From Rhynchopus sp. YZ270_cl-10 (Eukaryota): a stretch of DNA of 64,000 bases. The notes beneath the pieces are model-generated. The model had not been told where the DNA came from and made no database searches. It saw nothing but the letters and a program-made list of their open reading frames with translations. Location: assembly GCA_964035575.1 (NCBI GenBank), contig OZ037845.1, positions 372,001-436,000 on the forward strand, written 5' to 3'. Both the position numbers and the translations under genes were made by a program. How positions within the stretch are numbered: the stretch's first letter is position 1; each line of letters begins with the position of its first letter. Below are positions 44,901 to 57,100 of this stretch, piece after piece.

Positions 44901-45836
44901 CTACACCCAATCAGCTTGAGCTTCATCTACATCATTGTTGGAGAGATTGTCGGTTACGTCGAGGAGACGTGGTGCGATGGGGATGAACCAGTGGAGTGGT
45001 GTTGCGCCCATGACGTGCTGGATGTTTGTGTAGACCCCTTTGTGGTAGGGTGTGCCGGCGACGTATTCTACTTCCATGGTGGTTTGGTTGCGGATCATTT
45101 GTGTTACGGTGACGTAGAGGAAGGTGGCGGCGAAGATGAGCAGCAAGAAGGCAAGCACACTATAGAGCGTGGTGAGCAGCAGGAAGAAGACGTCGTACGC
45201 AGCCTTCATATGATGTCCCTCACGCAAGCTCCCAGGCACCCCCTTGCAGTACCTTACTTGGCAATACAGCAAATAGAAGTAGTGCAAAATCGCAGTAGTA
45301 ATATAGAATTGGTACAAAACAAAGTGTTTGTGGTTGCCCTCCCCAACACAGTTGTCAATCCAATCGCAGTGGTGGTCAAACTTCAGCACACACCGTTTGC
45401 ATTGTGAACAATGATGCGTTCTTGGCATTTTATATTGCTCGCATTTTCTGCAATAAGACGACTGCAGACAGATCTCTTCAGTGTCGGGGATGTCTGCACC
45501 AGGGGGTTTCCAGTCGTGCGGGACCATTCCTGGGTCGCGTAGGCAGGATGCCCACATGCAGTACATTACAATGCAAAATTCAAAGGCGCAGATGAGTTGT
45601 TGGTGTTGTTTCCATTGCGGGTCGCGTCGCATGGCAGGGATGGTCAAAAAGACGCTTACGACGAGGTAGAGGCACAGCATGAAGCTGACGAAGAGGGGGA
45701 GGCCTAGGTGCTGGTCCGCTCGCATGCGGCGGAAGAAGAGGCAGAATCGGGGCCTGTGTGGTGCAACAGGCTGCACCATCGTGGCGTGTGTACCTGGTGT
45801 GGTGTGGTATGATGTGGGAATGCTTAGTGAGGGCAA
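44901..45836 (-). CDS. DHHC-family palmitoyltransferase
   Basis: DPG, CRKCEQYKMPRTHHCSQCKRCVLKFDHHCDWIDNCVGEGNHKHF, NQTTME; four hydrophobic segments. The start may be a downstream ATG. Confidence 0.93.
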   Translation of the reverse strand: MPSLSIPTSYHTTPGTHATMVQPVAPHRPRFCLFFRRMRADQHLGLPLFVSFMLCLYLVVSVFLTIPAMRRDPQWKQHQQLICAFEFCIVMYCMWASCLRDPGMVPHDWKPPGADIPDTEEICLQSSYCRKCEQYKMPRTHHCSQCKRCVLKFDHHCDWIDNCVGEGNHKHFVLYQFYITTAILHYFYLLYCQVRYCKGVPGSLREGHHMKAAYDVFFLLLTTLYSVLAFLLLIFAATFLYVTVTQMIRNQTTMEVEYVAGTPYHKGVYTNIQHVMGATPLHWFIPIAPRLLDVTDNLSNNDVDEAQADWV

Positions 45837-46378
45837 TTCTTACGCAGAATATGGTCTCGGTATGGTGTGGTATGCTATGTTATGGTATAGTAAGGGGAAA
45901 GATACATTGAAGGAACTGAGGTAGGGCAGTAAGGTAGGTTGTAATAGTTGGCGTTCCAAAAACAAAGGAACCCAAAAAAATTACCTCCAAAATCCGTGAA
46001 AATTATTTTTGGGCGCCAAGGATTGGAGTACTGGATGAAAAGGTAAAATTCGTGATACCACACTGCACGGCTGGGGTGCCAATACAACAGTTGTCGGGCC
46101 GTGAAGTTGAAAAATAAATGGGGGTTGCGGGGTCTCTTTTCTTCGAAGGAAGACTATTTGAAAGGGGGGGTTTTTTTTGTATGGGAATCTAATAGAAAAG
46201 GGATTGCATTGCGCAGGACTGGTTTTAGTAAGAAAAAAATGCTGTTGAAATTGTGAAAAGGGAACTGAGTTGAGTGAGGGGGGAAAAAGCTCGGAAGGAT
46301 GAACCAGGAGAATCAACACACTGGGTCACCTACGATTTTTTCTACCCATTTCAAAACAGTTTTTTTTTTTTTTTGTGC

Positions 46379-46974
46379 CAGTGTTGTACAGCCCCGCCGC
46401 CAGGATTTTGGGTTTTGAAAAAGTTCTGTTGATGGTCCAAAAAAAAAATTTCGCGCTTCGCGCGAAAACCCCTACAAAGCACCTTCTCGTGGCCTCCGGC
46501 GGAGAGACGCATGTTCCCCAAGCCCGGTCAGAGTTCCTCCGAATCAACGACATTTGCTCTTTCCCTCTCACCAGGCTGTACATTGTACTCTACGGTGGCC
46601 GTCCACAAGCCGTAGTGGTGTCAGCCTTCTTATCAGTAAGCAGCGGTCATGACACCCAAAGGTTCCTGGCGAAGCCACGGTACGCAACATTTAAAAAAAA
46701 ATGTTCACATATAATGGAACTGCGTTGGTGGTGGGAGCTGCTTGCGCCGCAGGCGCACGGTACGCAACTTTTTTTTTTACCACCACCCGATTTTAACTTT
46801 TTTGGGACATTTGAGCACTCACCTCTCCATATCTTCTTCTCCTGAGATTTTTTGACAAGTAGAACGGGTCTGAACCACTCAACAGAACTTTTTTTTTTTT
46901 TTTTTTTTTCCGTTTTCAAAAGTTCTGTTGACCATCAACAGAACTTTGCTAGGTGGCGGCCCCCCTGAACAGTG
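46379..46974. mobile_element. Possible degenerate hAT-like MITE
   Basis: Weak IR CAGTGTT..GCCGCCA / TGGCGGC..AACAGTG; subterminal AAAGTTCTGTTGA motifs, including a 13-bp-stem hairpin at 46918-46946; GCGCCGCAGGC motif shared with the other hAT elements; no TSD found. Confidence 0.4.
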
Positions 46975-47645
46975 TTGTAGGTTGTATTGCAAGGGCATGG
47001 TAAGGATGACCCAAGTATTTTTGTCTTTAATCGGGCCTTTACAAAGAAACCGGGTAATCGAGAAGGGAAATCTTTGGTAAAAAAACAACGTGCAATATTG
47101 GAGAACAAAATGCGCCACAACGGGCGCACATTGTCGGAATATTAGAAAAGGTTTTATAAGATGCACCTAAGCCTCTCGTGCTTACCGTCACCTAAATAAA
47201 ATCTTACCCACAAAAAAAGGTTGACTTGAAATACAAAGCCCTCTGTCTAAGTGTACCAAAAAGACAATCTTCAAAGTGTTAAAAGCGTGCAGTATTTGAA
47301 TGGTGCGGGGGGGGAAACACTCAGTTCATAGGAAGCACACAGATTAAAAACAGCACTGCACACAGGTCGGATTGTGTATACTTACACACCCTCTCCGTTC
47401 TCTCTCTACCCCCTCAATTCCACTATAAAATCTAGATCTAAATAACTTGATGGAGAATAACAAACCGATATCCAAGAACCGGTCAGAATTCTACCTCAAA
47501 AAAAAAAAAGAACCCACGGGTTTTTCATTGCATTTAGTAGGACGCTTAACTCCTTGAGGACTACAAATATCCCGCATACCCCCTCCTACCAACAGGAAAT
47601 ACAGATTTGAACATTTCATTGCATTGAACCCCCTTCCCCAAAATA

Positions 47646-48353
47646 TCACCGCCTTCTCCTGGACCGGGTATCAATCATGTCATCGTCACTGTGCGCGGCG
47701 GGGGTTTCTTTTGGGTTGCGGGAGAGTGGTTCGACTTGTTCGAAGGAGAGTTCTGCAAGGTCGAGACGTCTGCGTTTGCTTGCACGGCGTGTGGAGGGGG
47801 GGGCGAGCGACTCTGCCATACGAGACACAACACGCGGCTTTTGTTCTGTAGGCGCCAGCTTCGCGGTCATGAAGTCCATCGTCTCGGACATCTCACTCTC
47901 CCGCCTCCGCACCTCCTTCTCACGCTCCTGCAGCCGCCCCTTCTCCTTCTCCAACATCGCATTGAACTCATGCAGCTTGCTCACATCCTCCTTCATCAAC
48001 CGCTTATTCTTCTCCAGCTTCAGCTCCTCCCTTTCATACTCCTGGCGAACCGCCTCTGCGTTCTCTTCGGCAGTCTCTGCCCTACGTAGTGCAGCTGCGA
48101 GACGTTTCTTGCAATCCGCCAACTCACGTTGAACGGCTGCAGTAGAAGCATCGGCACTGAAGCTACCTTCAGCAGGGGTGGTGGTGGTAGTGGTCGTTGA
48201 TGCACCAAGCTTTTTGCGAATCTGTGGAATGTGTGTTGAGGAGGGAGAAGAAACCTTTGAACATACCATGTCCCAATACGATGCAGCTGTCGAGGAGTCG
48301 CGGACCAGACCGGAGCACTTCTCAAGCATCGTGGACAGCTCTGTTGTCGCCAT
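47646..48353 (-). CDS. Hypothetical coiled-coil protein
   Basis: 235-aa ORF with an E/K/R heptad-rich centre and a basic NLS-like RRASKRRR. Confidence 0.75.
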   Translation of the reverse strand: MATTELSTMLEKCSGLVRDSSTAASYWDMVCSKVSSPSSTHIPQIRKKLGASTTTTTTTPAEGSFSADASTAAVQRELADCKKRLAAALRRAETAEENAEAVRQEYEREELKLEKNKRLMKEDVSKLHEFNAMLEKEKGRLQEREKEVRRRESEMSETMDFMTAKLAPTEQKPRVVSRMAESLAPPSTRRASKRRRLDLAELSFEQVEPLSRNPKETPAAHSDDDMIDTRSRRRR

Positions 48354-50798
48354 GGTGTTTTTGCTTTGGGTTGTGGTGTGTATCCCCTCCGTTACCTTGT
48401 TATTGTAAGAAAAAGGTTGTGTCTATTTGTCTCAAAGTTTCGTGTTGCATTGAAGTATTGAGGCATAATACACGCCGGATCTGAGTCTCGGGATACCGGC
48501 CAGGTGACTTGGTGGTTGTCACCACAAATATGGCAATGCCTGCAAGACAGCTGAGGCAGCATTGGAGGCATACTCCACAGCACGCAACGGCAAGGATACG
48601 AGCGTGAATGGAGCCGTCGAAAACGCTCGACGTCACATTTGGTCGTGGGAAGGGCGTGTCTTTCCGCAACCTTGTCCGGTTGTTGGATGAGCGTACAATG
48701 TTTGATGGTGTCAAACAATGGCCGGGGCTGACAAGACGAAGGGCTTGAAGAATAGCTTTCGGGGACCCGGTTTAATTTCCGGTCCAACAACGGTGGGACG
48801 CTGCCTGGGTTTCTCCCGATCCTGGGGCAAATGTTATGAAAGCCTTCAATGACGACGACGACGGCACAGCGGCGTCCGCCGCTGTCAAACTTCTGCGGAA
48901 GAGACATTCCCGAGCTGACTTGGCTGCCGGGGTACTTGTGAATCTGCTGTACGTCGATAGCCTCGCAAGGACGAAGAAGGGGTCCTGCAACAGGCGCGTC
49001 GGCCTCATGTCCAAGAAAAAAAATAAATGAAAAATTGATATGTGCAAACACCTCTGGGACGCAGGGACGCAGACACCGACACTCCGCCGGGTTATCGAAC
49101 CCCCCCGGAGTATTGTGGGAGTTGCTGACAGGGGGAAAGAAGAAGAAATGTTTATGTGAAGTGGGCAGTGATTTTTGTCTTTTTGTCTTTTTGTTAGAGT
49201 GTAGAGTGTTTCCCTGAATGGGATGTTTTTTTTTGTCCTTGACCTGGTGTCAAGAGAGGGAGAAAAAACTGTCAAGAAAATATACCGGGTAAATGAAGAA
49301 AACGGTGCTAAGATAAACCTAAGCCTCCTTGTGTTTGTTATGAAAAAACAACGTTGCAAGATGAATATGCTTCACGTGCAGACACATCTCTAATGAAGAG
49401 TTGGAATGAGTTAGTGTACACTTTCAATTCAGGAGAACACAAAGTATTTGAGAGGAAACTGGAAACAATAAAATCGTGTGATTTAAAAGGCTCGAAAAAG
49501 CACAAAATCACATAGATTCGCGCTTCTTGATAAATTGTTGGAATAGTGTAGTTGCCTGTGCAAGCTCCACACTCTTTTTGGTAACTACGGTTTGCACCTA
49601 GTCACACCAGAAATATAAAGTGAAGTTATTAATGCAGGCACCTCCGACTGACCCACGTACGATGCCAGCCATCCGGATGAAAGCACAAGTACCCTGCGGC
49701 CAACAACAGAAGATGTAAAAAGGAAACCTAATGACTGGCCCGTACCGTAAGAGAACGAGGGCGGTTCACAACCGCTCGACAGCCGGCGGCCCACTTTCCG
49801 TTGAAGAGTTGTGAGCTTACAGGTACTGCAGTTCGCTGCACCCAACGCTTGATGCACGATAGTCTACACAAGAGAGCAGAAACCCAAAAACACAAAAAGG
49901 GGTGGGCGGGGGGGTCACAACATCTCTCTCTTGGCGCCCCATGCTGTACCGACAGTTGGGCCTCACCCTTTCTCTTAGGGATATACATGGACGTCCTTAC
50001 AGGCAGCACACCGTAACCCAAAGGCGTGGCAGAGAGACTCCGTAGAGCGACTCTGGCCTGACCGCTGGCCATTTATGCTCCGGGTGCGAGCACCCATCAT
50101 AGCATAGGGGGGCCAGCCTGACCCAGCATTTATATACCCTGCCAGGGTGAACTTGCATAAAAGAGGGCAGGGGCGTTTAGACCCTGAGGACTAGGGGAAG
50201 TCCCGCATACCCCAACAGAAAGACAAAGGCTATGCACTGGTGATATAGGAGAGGCAGGGTTGCTGAAAAAAAGACCCTGAAGGCACAAAAACGCCCCGCA
50301 TACCCCTCCTCGCCTCCTGTTTTGTAATCTCTCAGGTAGGAGACATCGGTTCGAGCGGTCAACACCTTCATAGAGTTTCTGGAGGAACGGACCCCCGGAT
50401 GCAATTTAAGGTCCAGCCCAGGACCTTAAATTAAATATAAAAGAATCTTAAGTCAAATCTGATCAAAAAAAATCTTAAAAAGAATACTGCCCTCAAGCCT
50501 TTTACAGGGGAACCTGTTGTCTCAGCAAAAAGGGGACAAAAATAAAATACTTTCTGACACACACACACACACACACAATTCCTTTGATCCACATTTCCAT
50601 TTTGGAGATATCCAAGAAAATTCAATGACGGCAATATTTCTGCCTTGGGTACTTACCCCAAAATAAACATAAACACGCCTCACGTGCACACACAACACCT
50701 CTTGATAACACACACACACACCCTTTGGGTCCACATATGTGCGCAAGAATTACCCCTATTAGTTATCAACCACACACACCCAGACACCCCTGCCACCC

Positions 50799-51476
50799 CT
50801 ACCTCCGACTCAACGCCGGCAACTGAGTGATTATGTTCACATCATTTTGTTCGCCTTGCATGGCAAAGTGGAGACCCCCCTTATGATCCATCGTAAAGCC
50901 TCTCCTGGCTGCAGTGGTGCGCTGCTTTTGTGAGGAATCTGCTGTGGAAGAGGCATGTTTAGCGGGCGGACGCACACGCTCACGACGCCCCGACCCAGCA
51001 CCCCCTTGCGGCACCGCATCTGTGTCGCTGATGATCGTCTGCAAGGTGGACATAACTGCCTCCAGTTGCCTTTGTGTGTTTCCCTCTGCTGCGCCTTGCT
51101 TAGGATGGCGTGTGTTCACTATGGTTCGCAGCGTCATTTCTGCTGCACGGCGAGCCTCCCGTTCTCTATCAAGAAGCTGTTCCAATTGGGTTAGCTTGCC
51201 CAGCGCAACGCTAGAGGTGATGGATGCGTTGGAATCTGATGTCCTGCCAGATCGAACCGAACCCCGTGCGGAAGCAGGTGGGGCAGGTCCGCTCCTCCGC
51301 GAGGACTGCGACTGTCTGCTGCTTGCGGCATAGTGCTGTGCAGGTGTCTCCCTGCTGCTGCCACTGCCCCGTGCGGACTGTGCCTGCAAGGAAGGTGGTG
51401 CGGAGTGGCCAACACTCCCCAAGCTGTCTGCAGCGTCCTTATAACCACTGCTCCTCACGTTGCCTTGGGATGACAT
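50799..51476 (-). CDS. Hypothetical low-complexity/coiled-coil protein
   Basis: ATG 51476 (MSSQGNVRSS) is preceded by an AG acceptor-like site; short coiled coil LTQLEQLLDREREARRAAE. The ORF-track extension upstream is transposon TIR sequence. Confidence 0.7.
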   Translation of the reverse strand: MSSQGNVRSSGYKDAADSLGSVGHSAPPSLQAQSARGSGSSRETPAQHYAASSRQSQSSRRSGPAPPASARGSVRSGRTSDSNASITSSVALGKLTQLEQLLDREREARRAAEMTLRTIVNTRHPKQGAAEGNTQRQLEAVMSTLQTIISDTDAVPQGGAGSGRRERVRPPAKHASSTADSSQKQRTTAARRGFTMDHKGGLHFAMQGEQNDVNIITQLPALSRR

Positions 51477-51512
51477 TGTTGTATTTTCTTTCCTGTGACG
51501 TAGATTGGAATA

Positions 51513-52351
51513 TGGGTCCGTCCGGAAACCCTCCTGGTAAGATTCATCCTTTTGGGGGGTTTTTGAGGTTTTTCTGCTCAAAACACCCAAACAACCCAAT
51601 TTTTTGATACCCACCATACACCTACCACCCCAGAGGGCATATTTTGGGCATTTATTTTTGTTTATTTCCCCTCCCCCCCTTTTTACTTATATTTTTTTAC
51701 GTATTTTTGGACATTTCATAAACGTGGCAATGACAGCAGTGAAGTTCACTTTTTTGTCGAGAAACACGGTAAGAATGGGTGCGACGCACACTTGGTGTCG
51801 TTTCGAACCATCTCTCTGATGATTCTTGTTGTCAGGAGATCCTTACCGTAGGGGTCATTGTCGGTGCCCTGCGCGAGCTTCCCCACACAGAGGCCTTTGT
51901 TATCTCATTCCCTCGTACTCATACGTATCAGTGCACCCTTCTTTCCATCAATCTCTTTTCTTCTGTGTACTGCTACCCGAGCAACGGTCGTGTCATTTCA
52001 GCGTGTACTCTGACACGGAGGGAACCTTTATTTACTATGGAGTCTCCACATCCAAGGTGACCCGCAAAGCAAAAGTCCCTGGCATTGACCCAGTAGATTT
52101 GACAGAGGTCAATGAAACCTTGTCAAGGCGGCATGGCAGGATTAAGAGAAAGAGAGAAGAGATCCAGAAGAACGACAATAAAAGGCTGAAAATCTGATTA
52201 AAAAAGCGAAAATATAGCCTCAGACCCCCCCAAAAACCTATTTTCATATCAGAATATCACCTAGATGCACTTTTTGTGGGGGACATCATCAAAAAAACCC
52301 AAAAATACCCAAAAGGATGAATCTTACCAGAGGGGTTTCCGGACGAGTCCA
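51513..52351. mobile_element. Long-TIR element (TA flanks) carrying a captured gene fragment
   Basis: ~60-bp imperfect TIR TGGGTCCGTCCGGAAACCCTCCTGGTAAGATTCATCCTTTTGGG versus CCCAAAAGGATGAATCTTACCAGAGGGGTTTCCGGACGAGTCCA; TA on both sides. Confidence 0.82.
51730..52197 (+). pseudogene. Frameshifted gene fragment inside the TIR element, possibly tRNA-splicing endonuclease Sen15-like
   Basis: Two overlapping + frames join as ...GRVISACT/DTEGTFIYYGVS..., resembling the Sen15 vilAivdsDgTivYY pattern; basic C-terminal tail. Confidence 0.35.
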
Positions 52352-52466
52352 TATGTAAAAATGCAGTGGAAAAAAAGGGAAAGGGAGGAGAGATTGAGAG
52401 ATTGCTTTAAAAATTCGTTCTTCACTCTTTTTGCGGAACAATTTTTTTTTTTGACAATGTTTACAT

Positions 52467-53193
52467 CAGGGCAGGAGCTTGGAATATGGGTTTGGGGCAA
52501 AATCGGGTCAAATTCTGTTAAATCGGGTCAGGTCCCGAGCTTTTCCGCCTTCGGCGGAAAAGCTCTTGTGAAGACAAACACATGCAGAATGAGAAGGCGC
52601 GTTTCACAACATGGTACACGTTGACGATAATACACAAGTGTTGCACCACCCCCGCGGAGTGCATGTTGCCCTTGACACTGGCGATGAGGTCATCAAGGTA
52701 GGGTTGCGCAATGGAGGTGTGGAATGTGTGTGTAGGCCCTCGCCAGTTCAGGTACTCTCTCTGGGCAGGTGTACCCTTCGAGCAAACGTCGGAGGGCGTT
52801 CCGTATCCCGGCAACACTTGTCACTGTCTGAGCCCCTCTTTTGGTGTGTCACCCAGCGAGTTGATCCAATATCTGGATCGTCAGCTCGCGCCAGTAACCA
52901 ACGGCTAGGTCGAGTTCGGCATCCCTCTTGGGTTCGGGTTTGATCGGGGTGGAGCGCGCGTTTGAGGGAATTCTGGCTTCATTGAGCTTCGTGCTCGTCG
53001 CGGTGGGGTCACATAGTAGTTCCTCATCCTTCTCAGACCCCCTCATGCGACAAGTAGAGTACCCTATTTTTTGGATTTTCCCCTCAAAAATCTATAGTTT
53101 TTTTTTTTTTTTTTGCCCTGACCCGTTTTTTTCCATGGGGCCGAAGGAAATCGGGTCAATCTGACCCGATTTAACCCCCAAGCTCCTCCCCTG
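52467..53193. mobile_element. Non-autonomous hAT element (727 bp) with coding-like internal cargo
   Basis: TIR CAGGGCAGGAGCTTGG / CCAAGCTCCTCCCCTG; 8-bp TSD GTTTACAT (52459-52466, 53194-53201); subterminal ATCGGGTCA/CTGACCCG motifs. Confidence 0.92.
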
Positions 53194-54165
53194 GTTTACA
53201 TCAAGGGCGGGGGTGCAGCACCAGCCCACCACCAAGGTGAAACAAATATCTTCCCTGGAAAGGGAAGATAATAAAAATTTGCAAAAGTGTTAGCAATAAA
53301 GACAGAACAGTGGGAAGGGGAGGTCCAGATAGGATTGGAGGGCACCTTGGATCCGACAACAAGCGGAACCAGGCACCCCCATGGGAGACATCGAAGGGAC
53401 AGGTGAACACTGCTGTGCCAAAGAATTGACACGTTTCTAACTATGATTTTTTTCCTAACGAACAACTTGATTTTTGATCCGAGAGTACAAAGGAGACACT
53501 GTCAACAGTTGTGCCTTTGCACAAAAGACAAGGACACGCCAGCAGGCTCAGTGACGACAAACACAACAAATCGCTGTCCACCGACGCAGCTAGTGGAGGC
53601 TTCTTGGCCGCGACTTTGACACGCACACCTGCAGAACCCTTGTACACCCCTCCCCTCCCCGTTCCCCGGTCAAGTGAAAAAAAGGGGGGGGGGGGGGGGA
53701 AACTGGTTGTTGGCCGAATACCACCAAAATGTCCGAAATCTCGCCATTTGCATTTTTTTGAAATCCGTGCGTGCGCTCTCAGTGGGCGTCAATTTACCGC
53801 AATGGACAAATTTTTAGCCTTGGTAAAAGCCCAATATTTTTGGACACCTTAACACAAGTGTTAAGGAATTGAAGCACCCGGGGGTCGGGGTCCGGGAGTC
53901 GGCCTTATTTACATCCTTAGTATATCCCAGGGGTGGTATAAAAACACCCACCATTCACACAAAGTTTGTAGGATGAATTTATGCACGTTACTACAGTCAC
54001 CTTACAAAGTTGAGACGAAACTAAACTAACATTTTACCACTGGTCCTCACTAATCTACTACTGTGTCTTTTTTTGTTTCTAAGAACACTGCGTGTAAGCA
54101 AAAAAAAGTTGTTGAGAAAGATACACAGCTTCTCGCATATCTACCCTTTCGAACCAAGACATCCT

Positions 54166-57100
54166 TTAGGTCGCTTCGGGGTGGAGGTGGTGTATCAGCA
54201 CACTTGAGCGCAGACGGGTGGATCTCTCCTTTTCGCGTCGTTCTTCGACGTCGTGTATGAAGCACTCGAGACTGATCTCCGGGTCGTCTGTGTGCCCGGG
54301 CACCATCATGGAATGTCGGTGTGTGTCGTGCGTGTGTACTGTAATCTTGTCGGTGCTGTAGGAAGAGGTAGCGCTGGAGAGCGGGTTTTTTACCAATGTG
54401 GGAGTGGGCGGCGACGCGAAGACACCAATACTAGCGTCACCACGATGCTTGTCACCTATGTCCACCGGCTGGTCCGTCGAAGGGCGTGCCTTAACACGAG
54501 AAAGCAAGAACATCGGATCCACCCCACGCCCCGTCTTCCGCAGATCCGCAAACGAAGACTCAGGAATCAAGTTCAACAGCCGTCGCGACTCTGTCTCACC
54601 ACCCAAACTCGCCACCTTATTCGCCAGCTTCTCCGCCTTCCCATACGACCCACACAAAAACGCCTTATAAGCAGCAAACAGCGCAGGCATGAACTCCTTC
54701 TCGCTGAACTGATACATCCACTCCTCGTTTGAACGGTCCGGCGCGCACAGAACGTGGTACACAAGGATTTCCTCGCTCTGTAGAATGAGGGCACCCCCCT
54801 TGGAGCGTACCCCCGTCAGGTCGACGCAGTCAATGGGGAGGAGTGTGTAGGACTCCAGCTCCTTTGGCTTTGATATGGTGACGTGGCAGTTGTAGTGTTG
54901 TCCGATCTTTACCATGCCTAAGGCTTCGGTGACGTGGAAGCCGAGGAAGAAGAAGTTGCGTGCGTCGCCTGAGACGTGCTGGCCGACCCAGGAGGGGCCG
55001 CGGGAGACGGCGCAGTGGCAGATCATGGTGGGGTTCACTTCGGCGCAGTGTTTCACGAAGCCGAGGGCCATGTCAACAGCCTTGGAATATTTCGAGATGA
55101 CCTTCGTGTGTGCGCCCCACGATGCCGCACAATCACCATCGCCCAAATTCAAGAACAACACTGTACCCTTCGCTCGCGAGACTGCCTCGCAGAACAGCCC
55201 CGAAAACGCCACGACAGACTCAATAAACTGCGCAGTGCCCTCCTCCGTCAGCGAGGAGACAATCTTCGACACATATGTCGCGCGTGTGAAGCACACCGCA
55301 ACGTCCTTCTTCGCGAGGGAGCCCTCCGAAGCTAGCGCTGACGGTGCGTGGCGCGCCCTCCATGTTTGCGTCCGCTTAAGCCCCGGTGGGCTCAGTGAGT
55401 TGAACGACGCCCTCGAGTTGAGTGACGCCTGGTCGCCGCTGGCCGGTAACGCACCCCCGCTTGAGTGTGATGATGCGTGGGAGAGGAATGAGTTGCAGCG
55501 TGCCTCGGACGAATGTGAGTCGCCCTTGCTGCTGGCCAGATCGTGGTCCTCGAGGTTGAGGCGGATGGGCGAGCGGTGCTTTGTAGTGCCAGGGGAGCTT
55601 TGCTCCTTCGAATGCTCTCGGTTCTTGAAGAACTGCCGCAGCGTTGCCGCACACACCTGCAGGGACGTCACCTCACGCACGAAGCCCTCTGCGTCATCAC
55701 CACACGTCGGAAGCTCTGCACACATCGCCTCCAACATCCGACACACCCGCAGCAACGGCGCCAAGGCAATCACAAACGCGATGTACAACAGAAAAAAGAT
55801 AAGCACCACACACAACAGCGAGGCGATCACAAGCTTGCTGCTGGCAGCCGACGCTGCCTCTGTGTGCCTCAGATGCACGCCCCCTGCACGGTCTGCGAGG
55901 TGCGCTTCCAACGCCTTCCGCGGCACGCTCGCAAAGGCAAGAAGACGGTCGCCCATATGCAAACAGCTCTGCGGCTTGGCCACAAGCCACCCTATGTACT
56001 CCACATCATCGACAAAGTAGTTCGTTACAAAGGCGTTTGCGTTGCGCAGTCGCGACGACGCATTGAGACCACCCGGAAAGAAGCCTTCAAACACCGAAAA
56101 CACTTGTTGGAGACCGACCGTGCTCGTCACGATGCGAGCAGTGGAAACACTACCTAATGATTTCTGTGTCTGATACACAACCTCGGCGTCTGTAGCTTCT
56201 ATACCGAAGATTTCTTCCACCACATGGATCATCTGCAGTGGCGTCAACGTCCACACCCCGTACACTACGTTTTCGATGAACTCCACTGCGGTCTGCAGGT
56301 CCACACCATAGGCGCTGTCGTTGCCACGAAAGTACGCGTCAGACCCGGTAAGATCCGTTCCGACGTAAGATCGTTCACTGCTTTCCACCTGAAAAGATGT
56401 TTCACCCTGGTCAAAGGGGAGTGTCTCCGCAAGGCCGAAGCCACGATACGTGCTTCTTTCCCTACCCCCCAATACGCCCCCTATGGGTGCAAGAACGTAC
56501 GCGATCACTGCAGCATCGATGTGCGTCAGAATGTGGTGTTCCGAACACCCCGCGGCACACCCCAGATTCGTACGCTCTATGCGTCCATGCGCCCCAAGAT
56601 ATTCCACAGCAAGCCCCAACTGAAAGCCCTCCACCCCCTCTACCCCCATCGCAACCTTTGCCTGCAGAAGGTTACTCAACGCCTCGTAGTCCAGACTCTG
56701 TTGGATACGATATTGCTTGTTGGCCCCACCCAACACAGTGTTGACTGTACAGGTCAACGCCGTTGGGGTCCAATTTGGACGGGAAAATGAAACAGAATGC
56801 CCAGATGCCACACAGACCCCATCACGGAGTGTCCAGGGATCCTCTGTGGTGAGGGACATAGGTAGTCGTTGTAAGTCTGGGGCAGATCGGAACAGTTTTG
56901 GCACCGAAAAGGCGCTCCGCACTACCCCAGCAAGACCAGAGGAAATGGCGCGGGCACCTTGCTCATACTCGCTCCGATAGGCGTGGGGTTGGATGAAGGG
57001 CGCGCTGTTTGCCATCTCCTCCGCTCCTTCCCGTCTTGCAACGAAGTACACCAGACTCGGACAGCACAGCGCGACACCTGAAAGCAAAAACCCGGCCAGC

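Noticed and set aside
51477..51617. N-terminal extension of the 50799 ORF
   Set aside because: It runs through a transposon TIR; the same peptide appears from the opposite TIR at 52265.
52660..52710. YLDD in a short minus-strand frame suggesting reverse transcriptase
   Set aside because: No other RT motifs are present at the right spacing; a four-residue match is not enough.
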